DNA of 26,584 nt from positions 1 to 26,584 of IMG/VR virus record IMGVR_UViG_3300017700_000779; one strand, given 5' to 3'. Source of the stretch: a virus. Taxonomy: Duplodnaviria > Caudoviricetes. The notes below the pieces were generated by a model. The model was not told where the DNA came from. It made no database searches and worked only from the letters and a program-made list of their open reading frames with translations. Within the stretch, counting starts at the first letter, position 1. Each line of letters opens with the position of its first letter. Below are positions 1-8,259 of the stretch, in pieces. Made by a program: the position numbers and the translations under genes.

Positions 1-824
1 TAAAGTGGACCAGCGCCGCCGTAACCTTCATATTCGCCGACATTCGGTGGCGGCGATGAATTCATTTGGTTCAGGTACATTTGCTGCTGCTGGTTGTTAG
101 CGTACTGGCTCATACCGTTGCCGACCGCGTTGGCCACACCCACATACCCCGAAGCGCGGGCGGCGGCGGCGTTCTGCACCGCATTTGCTTGGTTGGTCGA
201 GTTCTGGCTGCCCGCGTTCATGATGTTGCCGTACGCATTTTGCCCAGCTTGACCGGCCTGCGTGACCGCCGTCTGACCAGTGCCCGCGACGCCCGACAAA
301 CGGTTGAACCGGTCGCCCAAGTCGCTTTTGTAGCGGCTATACGCATTGCCGAATTCTTGGGAAGCGAGGCCGCTATTGAACCGAGCCAGTTCCTTGAGAG
401 TCGCTCCCGAATAACGGCTACCGCTGGCGGTCGCAGCACGGTTGATGCCCTGTTCGCCCTGTTCGATACGGAACCCGTATCCCGGGTCCTTGACAAAGTC
501 ATCCATGGTATAGTTACGATTGAATTCGCCGCCAGCCACCAGACCTTTAGTCAGTTGCGCCAGAGTGTCGTACCCGGCTTGACGGTAAGGGGCGCCGTCT
601 GCGCGCTGAGTCGCCAATTGTGCAAGCTGGTCGGTCCGAGTTTGCTGATACTGACGATCCGAAAGTTCACCGGCTTGACCGGCTGCTTTCGCTTGCTTGT
701 TCGAGGCGCTGTTCGAGGCGACACCACCGATAATAGCTCCGCCCACGATGGCAGCGGCTACACCGCAATAACGATGTTCGCCATCCAACAATGCATCGAC
801 TTTCCGTTCATGTCGCAATTTCAT
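1..824 (-). CDS. DNA ejection / internal virion protein, P22 gp7-like (3' end at or beyond window edge)
   Basis: Not in the ORF track. Manual translation from ATG at 824, just after the GNAT stop: MKLRHERKVDALLDGEHRYCGVAAAIVGGAIIGGVASNSASNKQAKAAGQAG...DPGYGFRIEQGEQGINRAATASGSRYSGATLKELARF... The frame stays open to the window edge. Gly/Ala/Gln/Asn-rich composition and position fit podovirus ejection proteins. Confidence 0.75.
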   Translation of the reverse strand, partial: MKLRHERKVDALLDGEHRYCGVAAAIVGGAIIGGVASNSASNKQAKAAGQAGELSDRQYQQTRTDQLAQLATQRADGAPYRQAGYDTLAQLTKGLVAGGEFNRNYTMDDFVKDPGYGFRIEQGEQGINRAATASGSRYSGATLKELARFNSGLASQEFGNAYSRYKSDLGDRFNRLSGVAGTGQTAVTQAGQAGQNAYGNIMNAGSQNSTNQANAVQNAAAARASGYVGVANAVGNGMSQYANNQQQQMYLNQMNSSPPPNVGEYEGYGGAGPL

Positions 825-825
825 A

Positions 826-1281
826 TCAGTCTCCCAGCCATTTGCTGTAGTACGTTTCGACGGGCGCGGCCCCGATGCGCTTAAACAAAGCGCTGGCGTC
901 GGCGTGAATCTTGGATCCCATGAACCAACGCTGGACCCCACGGCGCTTTAACTCTGCTTCAACGTACCGAAACATCCGAACCCCAGCGCTACCGACCCGC
1001 TTATCAGCACGAACATAGAAGATATCCATGGTACAGGTCAAACACGTGCTGTAGTGCAGGCCGGGGGCAATGAAGCCGATAAAATATCCGACCAGTTCAC
1101 CGGCATCCCGCAGCGTGACGAAGAGCAGCCCGCCATTACGCTCACGCTCGATATAGATCGAGTATTGTGGTGACAGAGGGACATGGTCCTTATTGAGGGC
1201 CAACTCTTCATAGTGGAGCGGCAGCAGGACTTTAAGTTCCTCCAGCCGCTCTTCAAAGGATTCGATGTGACAGGTAATCAT
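826..1281 (-). CDS. GNAT-fold protein in the virion operon (position of P22 gp14)
   Basis: DIFYVRADKRVGSAGVRMFRYVEAELKRRG resembles GNAT motif A. ATGA overlap with the upstream gene. Lies directly upstream of the gp7-like gene. Confidence 0.7.
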   Translation of the reverse strand: MITCHIESFEERLEELKVLLPLHYEELALNKDHVPLSPQYSIYIERERNGGLLFVTLRDAGELVGYFIGFIAPGLHYSTCLTCTMDIFYVRADKRVGSAGVRMFRYVEAELKRRGVQRWFMGSKIHADASALFKRIGAAPVETYYSKWLGD

Positions 1282-1847
1282 TTCGAGGTCCGGATGTCGA
1301 CGATCATGTGGATGCGGTCGTCGGCGCTGTTATTGATGACTTCGTGTTCTTGGGAGTTATCGAACCACCAAGCTTCCCCGGTTTCCATATAAATCGACTC
1401 GTCCCCGGCCCGGAACTGGACCCCCGGCTGACTTTGAAGGACAATGTGGAACCGGCTGTAGTAATCGGTGTGCGACTTGGTGTCGATATGGGGGAAGATA
1501 ACTCCGCCCGGGGCGATCTTGTTGATCATCACCCGACCCAAGCGCTCCCCGGCCACGTAACCCATCAGATTCATGATCAGTGGGCGGGCTTCCGGCAAGA
1601 GCTTGTACGCTGGGTAATCGATATTTTCGTGCTGGTCATAAGTGACCACGTGCTTTTCGAGTTCGGCTTCCGTTTCGTGGACGCTCTTCTCAGGAAAGCG
1701 CAACATGATCGATTCGATCTGCTTGAAAGGACCTTGCGGATAGTCACGCAGGTACGTGTCCTCTTTCCAGAGGTCCGGGCGACGCTTGATCGCCAACAAA
1801 AGAGGGACGGTATCAATTCCGACGCCGATTTTTTGGAAGTTTTTCAT
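1278..1847 (-). CDS. Aspartyl/asparaginyl beta-hydroxylase-like 2OG-Fe(II) dioxygenase
   Basis: HxD (FPHIDT) plus distal H and R (EHEVINNSADDRIHMIVD), with RFHIVL and GEAWWFDN. Start moved to MKNFQK at 1847, which follows a GGAG RBS just past the gp4 stop. Confidence 0.85.
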   Translation of the reverse strand: MKNFQKIGVGIDTVPLLLAIKRRPDLWKEDTYLRDYPQGPFKQIESIMLRFPEKSVHETEAELEKHVVTYDQHENIDYPAYKLLPEARPLIMNLMGYVAGERLGRVMINKIAPGGVIFPHIDTKSHTDYYSRFHIVLQSQPGVQFRAGDESIYMETGEAWWFDNSQEHEVINNSADDRIHMIVDIRTSK

Positions 1848-1848
1848 A

Positions 1849-2571
1849 TTAATTACTCCGCCAATCCCAGTCCCGACCGCAATCCACATTAGGGATACTT
1901 TCGAAGGTCGAGGGGGTGATGTCGCTATTTGCCACTTTTACCTTGCCGAATGCAGCAGCAGCGATAAGCTTGACAGTGTTGATGTCGGTGGTCGAATTTG
2001 AGTACTCTGGCCATAATTCCACAGCCAAGCAGTACCGGATAGCCCGCAAATAGCCGGGCGGCAGTGCGATCACGCTTTGGAGCGTCACCGGACCGACAAT
2101 CTGGGTGCTCGTATTCAAACTGAGGGTAACCGCCTCGGACGGGACTGGATAGCAGGTCAGCTTGCCGAGCGGGAAATCGTTGATGTACAACACCTTCTCG
2201 ACCAAGGACTGCGAAGTCGACTTGAGAGTAATAGCATCGTACTGATCCTGAGTGATAACCTCGACCGGCGTTGTAATCCCAGCACGCACACAGGTCGCGT
2301 TATGGATGAAAATCGGACGGGGGGACGTAAAACCGGTTGGGCCTGCGGTTGGGCCCCAATTATAGGTCGCTTGTCCGGGGGTCAGTACCAAATTCTCGAC
2401 CGGCGTATTGTACACAGCCAAGGTCTGGAGATTCCAGCTGTCCAGCAATTCATTCAGCGTGATCAACGCATCATTCAGGTCACCGTCAGCAGGCATTTCA
2501 CCGGCAGCGACAGCATTGATCAGCAGCATCGAGCGACGGATCAAATCAATTGCGGCGATTGTTTGCGACAT
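1849..2571 (-). CDS. Head-to-tail adaptor / packaged-DNA stabilisation protein, P22 gp4-like
   Basis: DLIRRSMLLINAVAAGE...DALITLNELLDSW and LPPGYLRAIRYCLAVEL are gp4-family-like. Position after the coat genes. GAGGG RBS. Confidence 0.75.
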   Translation of the reverse strand: MSQTIAAIDLIRRSMLLINAVAAGEMPADGDLNDALITLNELLDSWNLQTLAVYNTPVENLVLTPGQATYNWGPTAGPTGFTSPRPIFIHNATCVRAGITTPVEVITQDQYDAITLKSTSQSLVEKVLYINDFPLGKLTCYPVPSEAVTLSLNTSTQIVGPVTLQSVIALPPGYLRAIRYCLAVELWPEYSNSTTDINTVKLIAAAAFGKVKVANSDITPSTFESIPNVDCGRDWDWRSN

Positions 2572-2598
2572 GGTATCCCTCTTGAGGGTTCTGGGAGG

Positions 2599-2647
2599 CG
2601 CTCGGGCCGGTCCCGGCTATATCAGCCCGTGAGGACCGGCCCGAGCG
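2599..2647. promoter_or_regulatory. Intergenic GC-rich stem-loop
   Basis: CGCTCGGGCCGGTCC (2599-2613) is the exact reverse complement of 2633-2647. Inner GGCT-atatc-AGCC hairpin. Confidence 0.6.
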
Positions 2648-2656
2648 GCGGGGCGA

Positions 2657-2827
2657 CTACTTCTTTTTGGTCAGCGTCGTATCGATGCGGGCCGGGGCGG
2701 GAGCGGCGAGCGGGTCGACGGGGGCATCGATCCAGTCTTCACCCAAGGCATCTTCTTCGGCCTCGTTGTTAACCGTCTTCTGGTTATTGACATCGCCCTT
2801 GAAGTAGAGCATTTTCGGATATTCCAT
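2657..2827 (-). CDS. Small (56 aa) hypothetical head-region protein
   Basis: Below the ORF-track cutoff. AGGAG RBS, then MEYPKMLYFKGDVNNQKTVNNEAEEDALGEDWIDAPVDPLAAPAPARIDTTLTKKK*. Fills the gap between neighbouring genes. Confidence 0.7.
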   Translation of the reverse strand: MEYPKMLYFKGDVNNQKTVNNEAEEDALGEDWIDAPVDPLAAPAPARIDTTLTKKK

Positions 2828-2865
2828 TACGTTCTCCTGAGTTCAGGGGCCGAAGCCCCCTTGGT

Positions 2866-3423
2866 TTAGATCGGCGCGGTGAACGAGCCGTTCGGATTGA
2901 TGATCGCCCATTTCACCAGCGTGGCAGCAGTTGCGGCTGCGGTGCCGTAAATGGTGAACGAACCATTGGCGGGCACGATACGCTCAACACGCAGGAACGT
3001 ACCATCGGCGGCGGCTTGGGCCACGGTAGCGGCGATCTGGGATTGTACGGTCACACCCGGATGGGTCACCACAATCGAAGCAGCCGCAGCCGCAACAGTC
3101 ACGCAACCGGAGTTAGCGGTGGTCGACACAGGACCAGCAGTCGGGGGACCAGCAGACAAGGTCGCTTGACCGGACGCGATCAGAGCGGCTTCGGTACTGG
3201 CAGGCAGTTCAACGATGGTGCCCGCAGCATAACCCGCGTAACCACGAGCGCCGCCCAGCAGCACGAAGCCACCTTGGCGCAGGCGCAAGCCGCTGGTAGG
3301 AACGCCGTTCGGCTGAACAGCGAGGGGGCCGTACGGCTCGAAGGCCTTGGCGATACCGGTGCCGATTACGGTGATGGCCATGACCGCAAAGGCCACGGCA
3401 CGGGAGAAGAGCGATTTTTTCAT
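2866..3423 (-). CDS. Putative capsid decoration / virion structural protein
   Basis: Start at MKKSLFS (AAGGA RBS). Ala/Thr/Gly/Val-rich, beta-type C-terminus, immediately downstream of the coat gene. Confidence 0.55.
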   Translation of the reverse strand: MKKSLFSRAVAFAVMAITVIGTGIAKAFEPYGPLAVQPNGVPTSGLRLRQGGFVLLGGARGYAGYAAGTIVELPASTEAALIASGQATLSAGPPTAGPVSTTANSGCVTVAAAAASIVVTHPGVTVQSQIAATVAQAAADGTFLRVERIVPANGSFTIYGTAAATAATLVKWAIINPNGSFTAPI

Positions 3424-3445
3424 GATAGTTCCTTGAAGTTTTGGG

Positions 3446-3470
3446 AAGAAGCAGCCCCCGAAGGGGCCGC
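3446..3470 (-). terminator. Probable intrinsic terminator after the coat gene
   Basis: Minus strand GCGGCCCC-TTCG-GGGGCTGC followed by TTCTT. Confidence 0.6.
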
Positions 3471-3475
3471 AAATT

Positions 3476-4693
3476 TTACAGCGCGTAGCCGACCGAGAGT
3501 TCCGGATAAGGCGCAGCCCAGCCGTACAGAACGTCCAGACGCATGATGGAAACGTCGCCCATACCATCGTAGAATTCCGTGACTTTGATGCGGAAGCCCT
3601 TGTACTCGGCTTGGGTCACATCGACCACGCCTTTACCACCGGCTGGTGCCCACATCGGGACCATGGCCAGCGTGAACGCATCTTTGTGGAAAGCCGGGTT
3701 GAACGAGTAGCCTGCGGACGCGGTGCCGAAGATCGTGATGACAGCAGCGTTGGCCGGGGCATTGGTAACGTTCTGGAACGCACCATTGATGACCATCGCT
3801 GGCGAAATCGGGATCGACACCGAAGCAGCTGGGACATCGGCGGTCACCGTAAATTGGGCCAGTACGCCGGTCGACTGACGGGATTGCGGGTTGACCGCAA
3901 ACACGTTGGCGAAGGTGATCTTCGAACCCTTGGTGATAATGCCGGTGACGGTACCACCGTTGACCGTGATAGCCGGACCAGCTTGGCCAGCGCCGTTGAC
4001 GGTTGCCGAGGCAACAGGCTGTGCGCCGTTCAGGTGGGATTGGACGTTCTGGTCCATCGCATAGGCAATGCCCAGCGAATCAACCATCATGCCCTGTTTC
4101 ATCTGGCGGCTGATGATGTCGGACGAGTTGAACATGCCGGACATACCGACGACCATCGCACCATTCAGTGCCGGGTTCATGACCAGACCACGACGCTTGT
4201 CACGCGGCGCACCCATTTCATCCAGACGCTGATTCAGGCCGGTGATTGCCTGCATGGCCAACAGCTGGGAGTTAGGCGCGGTGCCCGGGGTGCCGATGAC
4301 GTTCGGCGAAGTCAGGCGAGCCATTTCCAGACCACGGCGGTCGATCTCGTTGGCCACGGTTGCCATCGCAGCTTGGATTTTGTCTTCCAGCTTGGACAGC
4401 GACAGCGTACGCTCAGCGCCGGTGAATTGCAGATCGCAACCGCCTTGCGACAAGGTCAGTGGGATGGTCGACTCGACGGTGCCTTGCGGTACGGCGATGC
4501 GGCCTTCACGGTAGGTGTAACGCGGCGGCTTCTTGATGTTGATGGTCTGGCCGGGGGCGTAGCCACGGGACATGTTACCGGTGAATTCGTCTTCCCAGTC
4601 GCGATTGACCATACCGGAGAACGACAACATGTTCTCCAAGATGGCCAGCGCTTCTTTGGCGACAACACTGGTGGTAGCGAGGACGTTTGACAT
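3476..4693 (-). CDS. Major capsid protein, P22 coat (gp5) family
   Basis: MSNVLATTSVVAKEALAILEN, GQTINIKKP, AFHKDAFTLAMVP and RLDVLYGWAAPYPEL match P22-coat-family patterns. 405 aa, between scaffold and gp4-like genes. Confidence 0.92.
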   Translation of the reverse strand: MSNVLATTSVVAKEALAILENMLSFSGMVNRDWEDEFTGNMSRGYAPGQTINIKKPPRYTYREGRIAVPQGTVESTIPLTLSQGGCDLQFTGAERTLSLSKLEDKIQAAMATVANEIDRRGLEMARLTSPNVIGTPGTAPNSQLLAMQAITGLNQRLDEMGAPRDKRRGLVMNPALNGAMVVGMSGMFNSSDIISRQMKQGMMVDSLGIAYAMDQNVQSHLNGAQPVASATVNGAGQAGPAITVNGGTVTGIITKGSKITFANVFAVNPQSRQSTGVLAQFTVTADVPAASVSIPISPAMVINGAFQNVTNAPANAAVITIFGTASAGYSFNPAFHKDAFTLAMVPMWAPAGGKGVVDVTQAEYKGFRIKVTEFYDGMGDVSIMRLDVLYGWAAPYPELSVGYAL

Positions 4694-4720
4694 TTTTGTT
4701 CCTGAGAGGTAAGTTTTGGT

Positions 4721-5626
4721 TTACCGTGCCCAGCGAGCGCCTTGAGTCTTGCGCGTTGCGATGTAGTCTTCCATGGATTGTTCACCCAAGGGGACAGTAG
4801 TCGAACGGCCAGATCCCACATTGCGAGCGGCAGGCGGCGGTGCTTCGGATACTTTTTTCACGACGGCTGGCTTGGAAGGGGAAGTAGCTTCGGCGGTGTT
4901 GAACTGGGTGGCGATCTCGGCGATAGCAAACGCGGCTTTAGCGGGCGTCATTGCGTTGATCTTTTCCAGCTGTTCTGGATTCATGGCGAGGTGGTGAATA
5001 ACTTTCGCACCATGGTCATGCTCCATGACCAATTCCGCCACATGCGGCTTGACAGGCAACTCGGCAGCGTCCATCACGGAGTCAAAGTCCGCAATGTCGG
5101 CGCGAGCAGCGGCCAACTTCGATTGCCATGTTTCGACTTTCGTTGTTTGTGCCTTGTTCTGTTCAGCTTGCTGCTCGCGCTCGGCGAGCTTGACTTCGAC
5201 CTTGTGATCAGTCAAAGCATCCAGAAAATCTTCTTCACTTTCGAATTGGTCGCGGGTAGGGGCTTCGTTCGGTTTTACTTCGACTGCAGCGGCTTTGGCC
5301 GGGGGAACGATCTTACCTTCTGCAACACTTTTCCAGTACTCGGCATCACGTTCCGCATCACGGCGGGCGCGAGTCAATTCATCGATACGTTCTTTGGCGG
5401 TCGGCTTGAACCGGCCCTTCTCGTCCCGATTATCCTGTTCCACTTGCTCTTCCGAGCCAGCAGTCGTGTCCTTCTTTACTTCTACTACCTCGGTCTTGTC
5501 GGTTACCGGCTCCGTTACTACTTTAACTTCTTCCACCACAGGGGCGGTCGAAACATGGCCTTCCTGACCTTCAACAGTGAAGATGGTCGGTCCGTTATCT
5601 ACTACTTGGTTGTCTTCGGCGCTCAT
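4721..5626 (-). CDS. Scaffolding protein
   Basis: Acidic, coiled-coil-like, with RIDELTRARRDAER and C-terminal SMEDYIATRK. Located between portal and coat. Start reassigned to MSAEDNQ (GGAG upstream) because the track's TTG start lies inside a promoter -35 box. Confidence 0.8.
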   Translation of the reverse strand: MSAEDNQVVDNGPTIFTVEGQEGHVSTAPVVEEVKVVTEPVTDKTEVVEVKKDTTAGSEEQVEQDNRDEKGRFKPTAKERIDELTRARRDAERDAEYWKSVAEGKIVPPAKAAAVEVKPNEAPTRDQFESEEDFLDALTDHKVEVKLAEREQQAEQNKAQTTKVETWQSKLAAARADIADFDSVMDAAELPVKPHVAELVMEHDHGAKVIHHLAMNPEQLEKINAMTPAKAAFAIAEIATQFNTAEATSPSKPAVVKKVSEAPPPAARNVGSGRSTTVPLGEQSMEDYIATRKTQGARWAR

Positions 5627-5702
5627 AGCGATTGTTACTCCAGTGTGCCCTTGGCGCGGTACTCCCCAGCGGGCGCTGGGGCGCGAATGAAAACTAGCAC
5701 CG

Positions 5703-5731
5703 AGTATACCACACCCGATGCTTCCTGTCAA
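5703..5731 (-). promoter_or_regulatory. Sigma70-type promoter for scaffold/coat
   Basis: Minus strand TTGACA-GGAAGCATCGGGTGTGG (17 nt)-TATACT, with an extended -10 TG. Confidence 0.8.
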
Positions 5732-7870
5732 TTATTCCTGCATCATTGGAGGAAAACCATTCGCTGGGTCCTCCATCCCCGGAGGCGGCATTTCAGGCGC
5801 GGGAGCCGGGGCGCTCATTTGTGATAATTGCTGGGGATTTTGCGTACTAGGTTCTGTAACGTCCTCAGCGACATTCGCAGAAAGCTCGGCGGGAACAGGC
5901 ATTTTCGCGATGAGAAGCTTAACCAACCCGCTAAGCTCTTCGACGTCCTTTCGGCCCTCCGCGTTAATTTTAGCTGCTTCAACTGCTGCTTCCGCTGCAA
6001 TTTGGGACTTGGTAACAGATGCGTGATTTTTGTCCGCTTCGACTTTGAGTTCTTCCAACTGTTGAGTGAGTTGGGCGATCTGCTGCTGTGCTTCTGGCGG
6101 AATTGGGGCTGGTCCGTCTTCTGGATCATCACGGATCTCCTTAGGAATAGTCCGGGCAATGCGCTCTGCAATCTCTTCCGCTCCGGGCCAACTCATGGCC
6201 TTCACGACCTTATCACCTGCGATATCCATCAGCTTAGGCCAGCTTTGACCGAATTGGACCATAGCATCTGCAGCTTCGGCCCGCATGGTGGCGTAAGACG
6301 GTCCCGGCGTGACAGCGAGGCCGTATTTGCCGACCGAAAGATCGTTATCGAACGCCTGTGCGGCTTCATTCCACTTGTTGATGACGTGCTGGGATACCGT
6401 GCTGTCTTCACCCCGGGTCATCACCATGCGCTCACCATCATAATAATGGGGAATCATATTGATGGCGCAACGGCCCGCGTGGCGCAAGGTACGGATAAAG
6501 TTATCCATGTAATGGAAGTTAGCGACATTGCCTTGTTTCTGCTGGGCCAATTCCTGCTTACCGCTGGTAGCGTTACCGGCAGCGCCGAGCGAACTGTCGA
6601 ACAGACCAGTTGTCTGCTTGATATTATCCGAAGCGTGCATGGCCATGGACAATACCCCGACCGGAACGTCAGCCATCGGCTGGCGGGAAGGCGGCGGGAC
6701 AAGCTGGCCGTCGACCGACGTAGGCTTATATTCAAGATACGGGAAGCTACGATTGTTCGCTTGGAGCCATTTTTTCTCGTGACCTTCGAACGAGCCTTCG
6801 GCACCGATGAACGGGGTCTTAGGACGCAGCGAGACTTCCTCGGTTGCCGAAGTCATCCAGAAATTGTACATCATTGCCGGGTCTTTAGCGTTGCGGATCA
6901 GACCAGCGCGATAAATCTTGCCGTCGATGTCGATTTCGGTGCCGTAGACCGGGAATACGGGAATCCAGTCGCACTTGATCTCGATGGTCTCGATGACTTC
7001 ATAAGGCGTGATCAGCCGCCACATGGTCTTCTTGAGGACGGTCGCACGGGTCTTCTTGACTTCGACCCCGGCTGGTGGCTTCTCGGTGGTTGTGGTGCCG
7101 TCACCCAGCATATAGAGCGTAGCGGGGGTAAACTCGATCCGATAATATTCGGCGATCCGGACCATATCTTGCCAGACCCAATGCTGGCGCTGGGAGTCGC
7201 CGGGCGAGTTCACATTGAAGCCGCTGATCGTGACCGTGGCATCCGGATATTTAGCCTCGAATTCCTTCTTGGTCATCTTTTCCGTGATAATGACCCACTG
7301 GGCGTCGGAACCGTCAGGCTCGGTACTGGCCGGGTCAAAGTATACGGTGAACGGGTTCCGGATGCGCTTGAACTTGAGTTCTTGATCGAACGAGTCCGGT
7401 GCACAATAATCGGTTACCAAGCGGAAGTACCCGAAACCGATCGCCGCCGCCGAGTTCACAGCCGTGTCGTAAGCGGCGTCCGCCGACGATTCATACTCGA
7501 TATGTTTGATCATACCTTGCACCAGTTCGGCGGTCTTGGCGGACGCATCGAGGCTGATTGGGGTGACCTTGATATTGGCCCGGTTCTGACGTTGATCGTT
7601 GGTGACCTGTTGCAGGAAGGTCGGAATCTTGTTGACCGTCAGGCATGGACGTCCGTCCGCTTCCCGGCTCTTGCGCTGCTTCTCAGGCCACTGGTCCCCT
7701 TTCAGGAACTTGAGATCATCAAGCGCGTCGGCGTGATTGGTCCCGTCTGCGGCGGTCGACAACTCGAAGCGGTGCATGACCTCGGAGATTACGTCCAGAT
7801 CATCGCTCGAGTTCGCCCCCTGCTTCTTGTTGATCATCGGGCCTGATTGTGGGGTGCCGTCTTCGTTCAT
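5732..7870 (-). CDS. Portal protein, P22-like
   Basis: 712 aa. DLKFLKGDQW, GRPCLTVNKI, WIPVFPVYG, GLIRNAKDPAMMYNFWMTS, GKYGLAVTPGPSY, and a C-terminal coiled-coil region. Confidence 0.92.
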   Translation of the reverse strand: MNEDGTPQSGPMINKKQGANSSDDLDVISEVMHRFELSTAADGTNHADALDDLKFLKGDQWPEKQRKSREADGRPCLTVNKIPTFLQQVTNDQRQNRANIKVTPISLDASAKTAELVQGMIKHIEYESSADAAYDTAVNSAAAIGFGYFRLVTDYCAPDSFDQELKFKRIRNPFTVYFDPASTEPDGSDAQWVIITEKMTKKEFEAKYPDATVTISGFNVNSPGDSQRQHWVWQDMVRIAEYYRIEFTPATLYMLGDGTTTTEKPPAGVEVKKTRATVLKKTMWRLITPYEVIETIEIKCDWIPVFPVYGTEIDIDGKIYRAGLIRNAKDPAMMYNFWMTSATEEVSLRPKTPFIGAEGSFEGHEKKWLQANNRSFPYLEYKPTSVDGQLVPPPSRQPMADVPVGVLSMAMHASDNIKQTTGLFDSSLGAAGNATSGKQELAQQKQGNVANFHYMDNFIRTLRHAGRCAINMIPHYYDGERMVMTRGEDSTVSQHVINKWNEAAQAFDNDLSVGKYGLAVTPGPSYATMRAEAADAMVQFGQSWPKLMDIAGDKVVKAMSWPGAEEIAERIARTIPKEIRDDPEDGPAPIPPEAQQQIAQLTQQLEELKVEADKNHASVTKSQIAAEAAVEAAKINAEGRKDVEELSGLVKLLIAKMPVPAELSANVAEDVTEPSTQNPQQLSQMSAPAPAPEMPPPGMEDPANGFPPMMQE

Positions 7871-8254
7871 TTAAAAGCCCTCGGTAATGATTTGGCCGAT
7901 TTTCTCGGTCAGACCGGATTCGGGAAATGGGTTGAACATGCGCGCCAAGATCAGCGGCTGTTGTTGAATGACATTGAAGTCAAAAGTGGTGGTGTACCAT
8001 TCCAGTAACTGGGCCTTAGTAAGGGGGGCGTCCTCGCCGTACGGCTCAACCGTAAGCATCAGGATCATCCGCTTGGAGTCAGCCTCCTTGCAAATAGCTT
8101 GGAGCATCGCCGTGGCCATGCCTTGACCCCGAGCCTCGGGCGGGCACTGTACCTTACTGATCTCGCGGATATCTTTCCGCATTTTATCAGGTACTCCCAG
8201 AGCCGCTGACACCAAGCAGGTTGCGCTGCCGAATTTTCGTTCGCCGTATCTCAT
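7871..8254 (-). CDS. GNAT-family N-acetyltransferase-like protein
   Basis: VQCPPEARGQGMATAMLQAICKEAD matches acetyl-CoA-binding motif A (R/QxxGxG/A). LLEWYTTTFDF resembles motif B. Confidence 0.7.
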   Translation of the reverse strand: MRYGERKFGSATCLVSAALGVPDKMRKDIREISKVQCPPEARGQGMATAMLQAICKEADSKRMILMLTVEPYGEDAPLTKAQLLEWYTTTFDFNVIQQQPLILARMFNPFPESGLTEKIGQIITEGF

Positions 8255-8259
8255 TTATT

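Noticed and set aside
5627-5731. N-terminal extension of the scaffold protein from the track's TTG start
   Set aside because: That TTG is the -35 box of a promoter. The ATG at 5626 has an upstream GGAG.
5828-7846. Long antisense ORFs (e.g. 66-884, 3611-4690, 4742-5824, 5828-7846 on plus; 11180-12133, 12938-13831, 24457-25317 on minus)
   Set aside because: They mirror well-supported genes on the opposite strand and show no protein motifs. They are typical shadow ORFs caused by codon bias.
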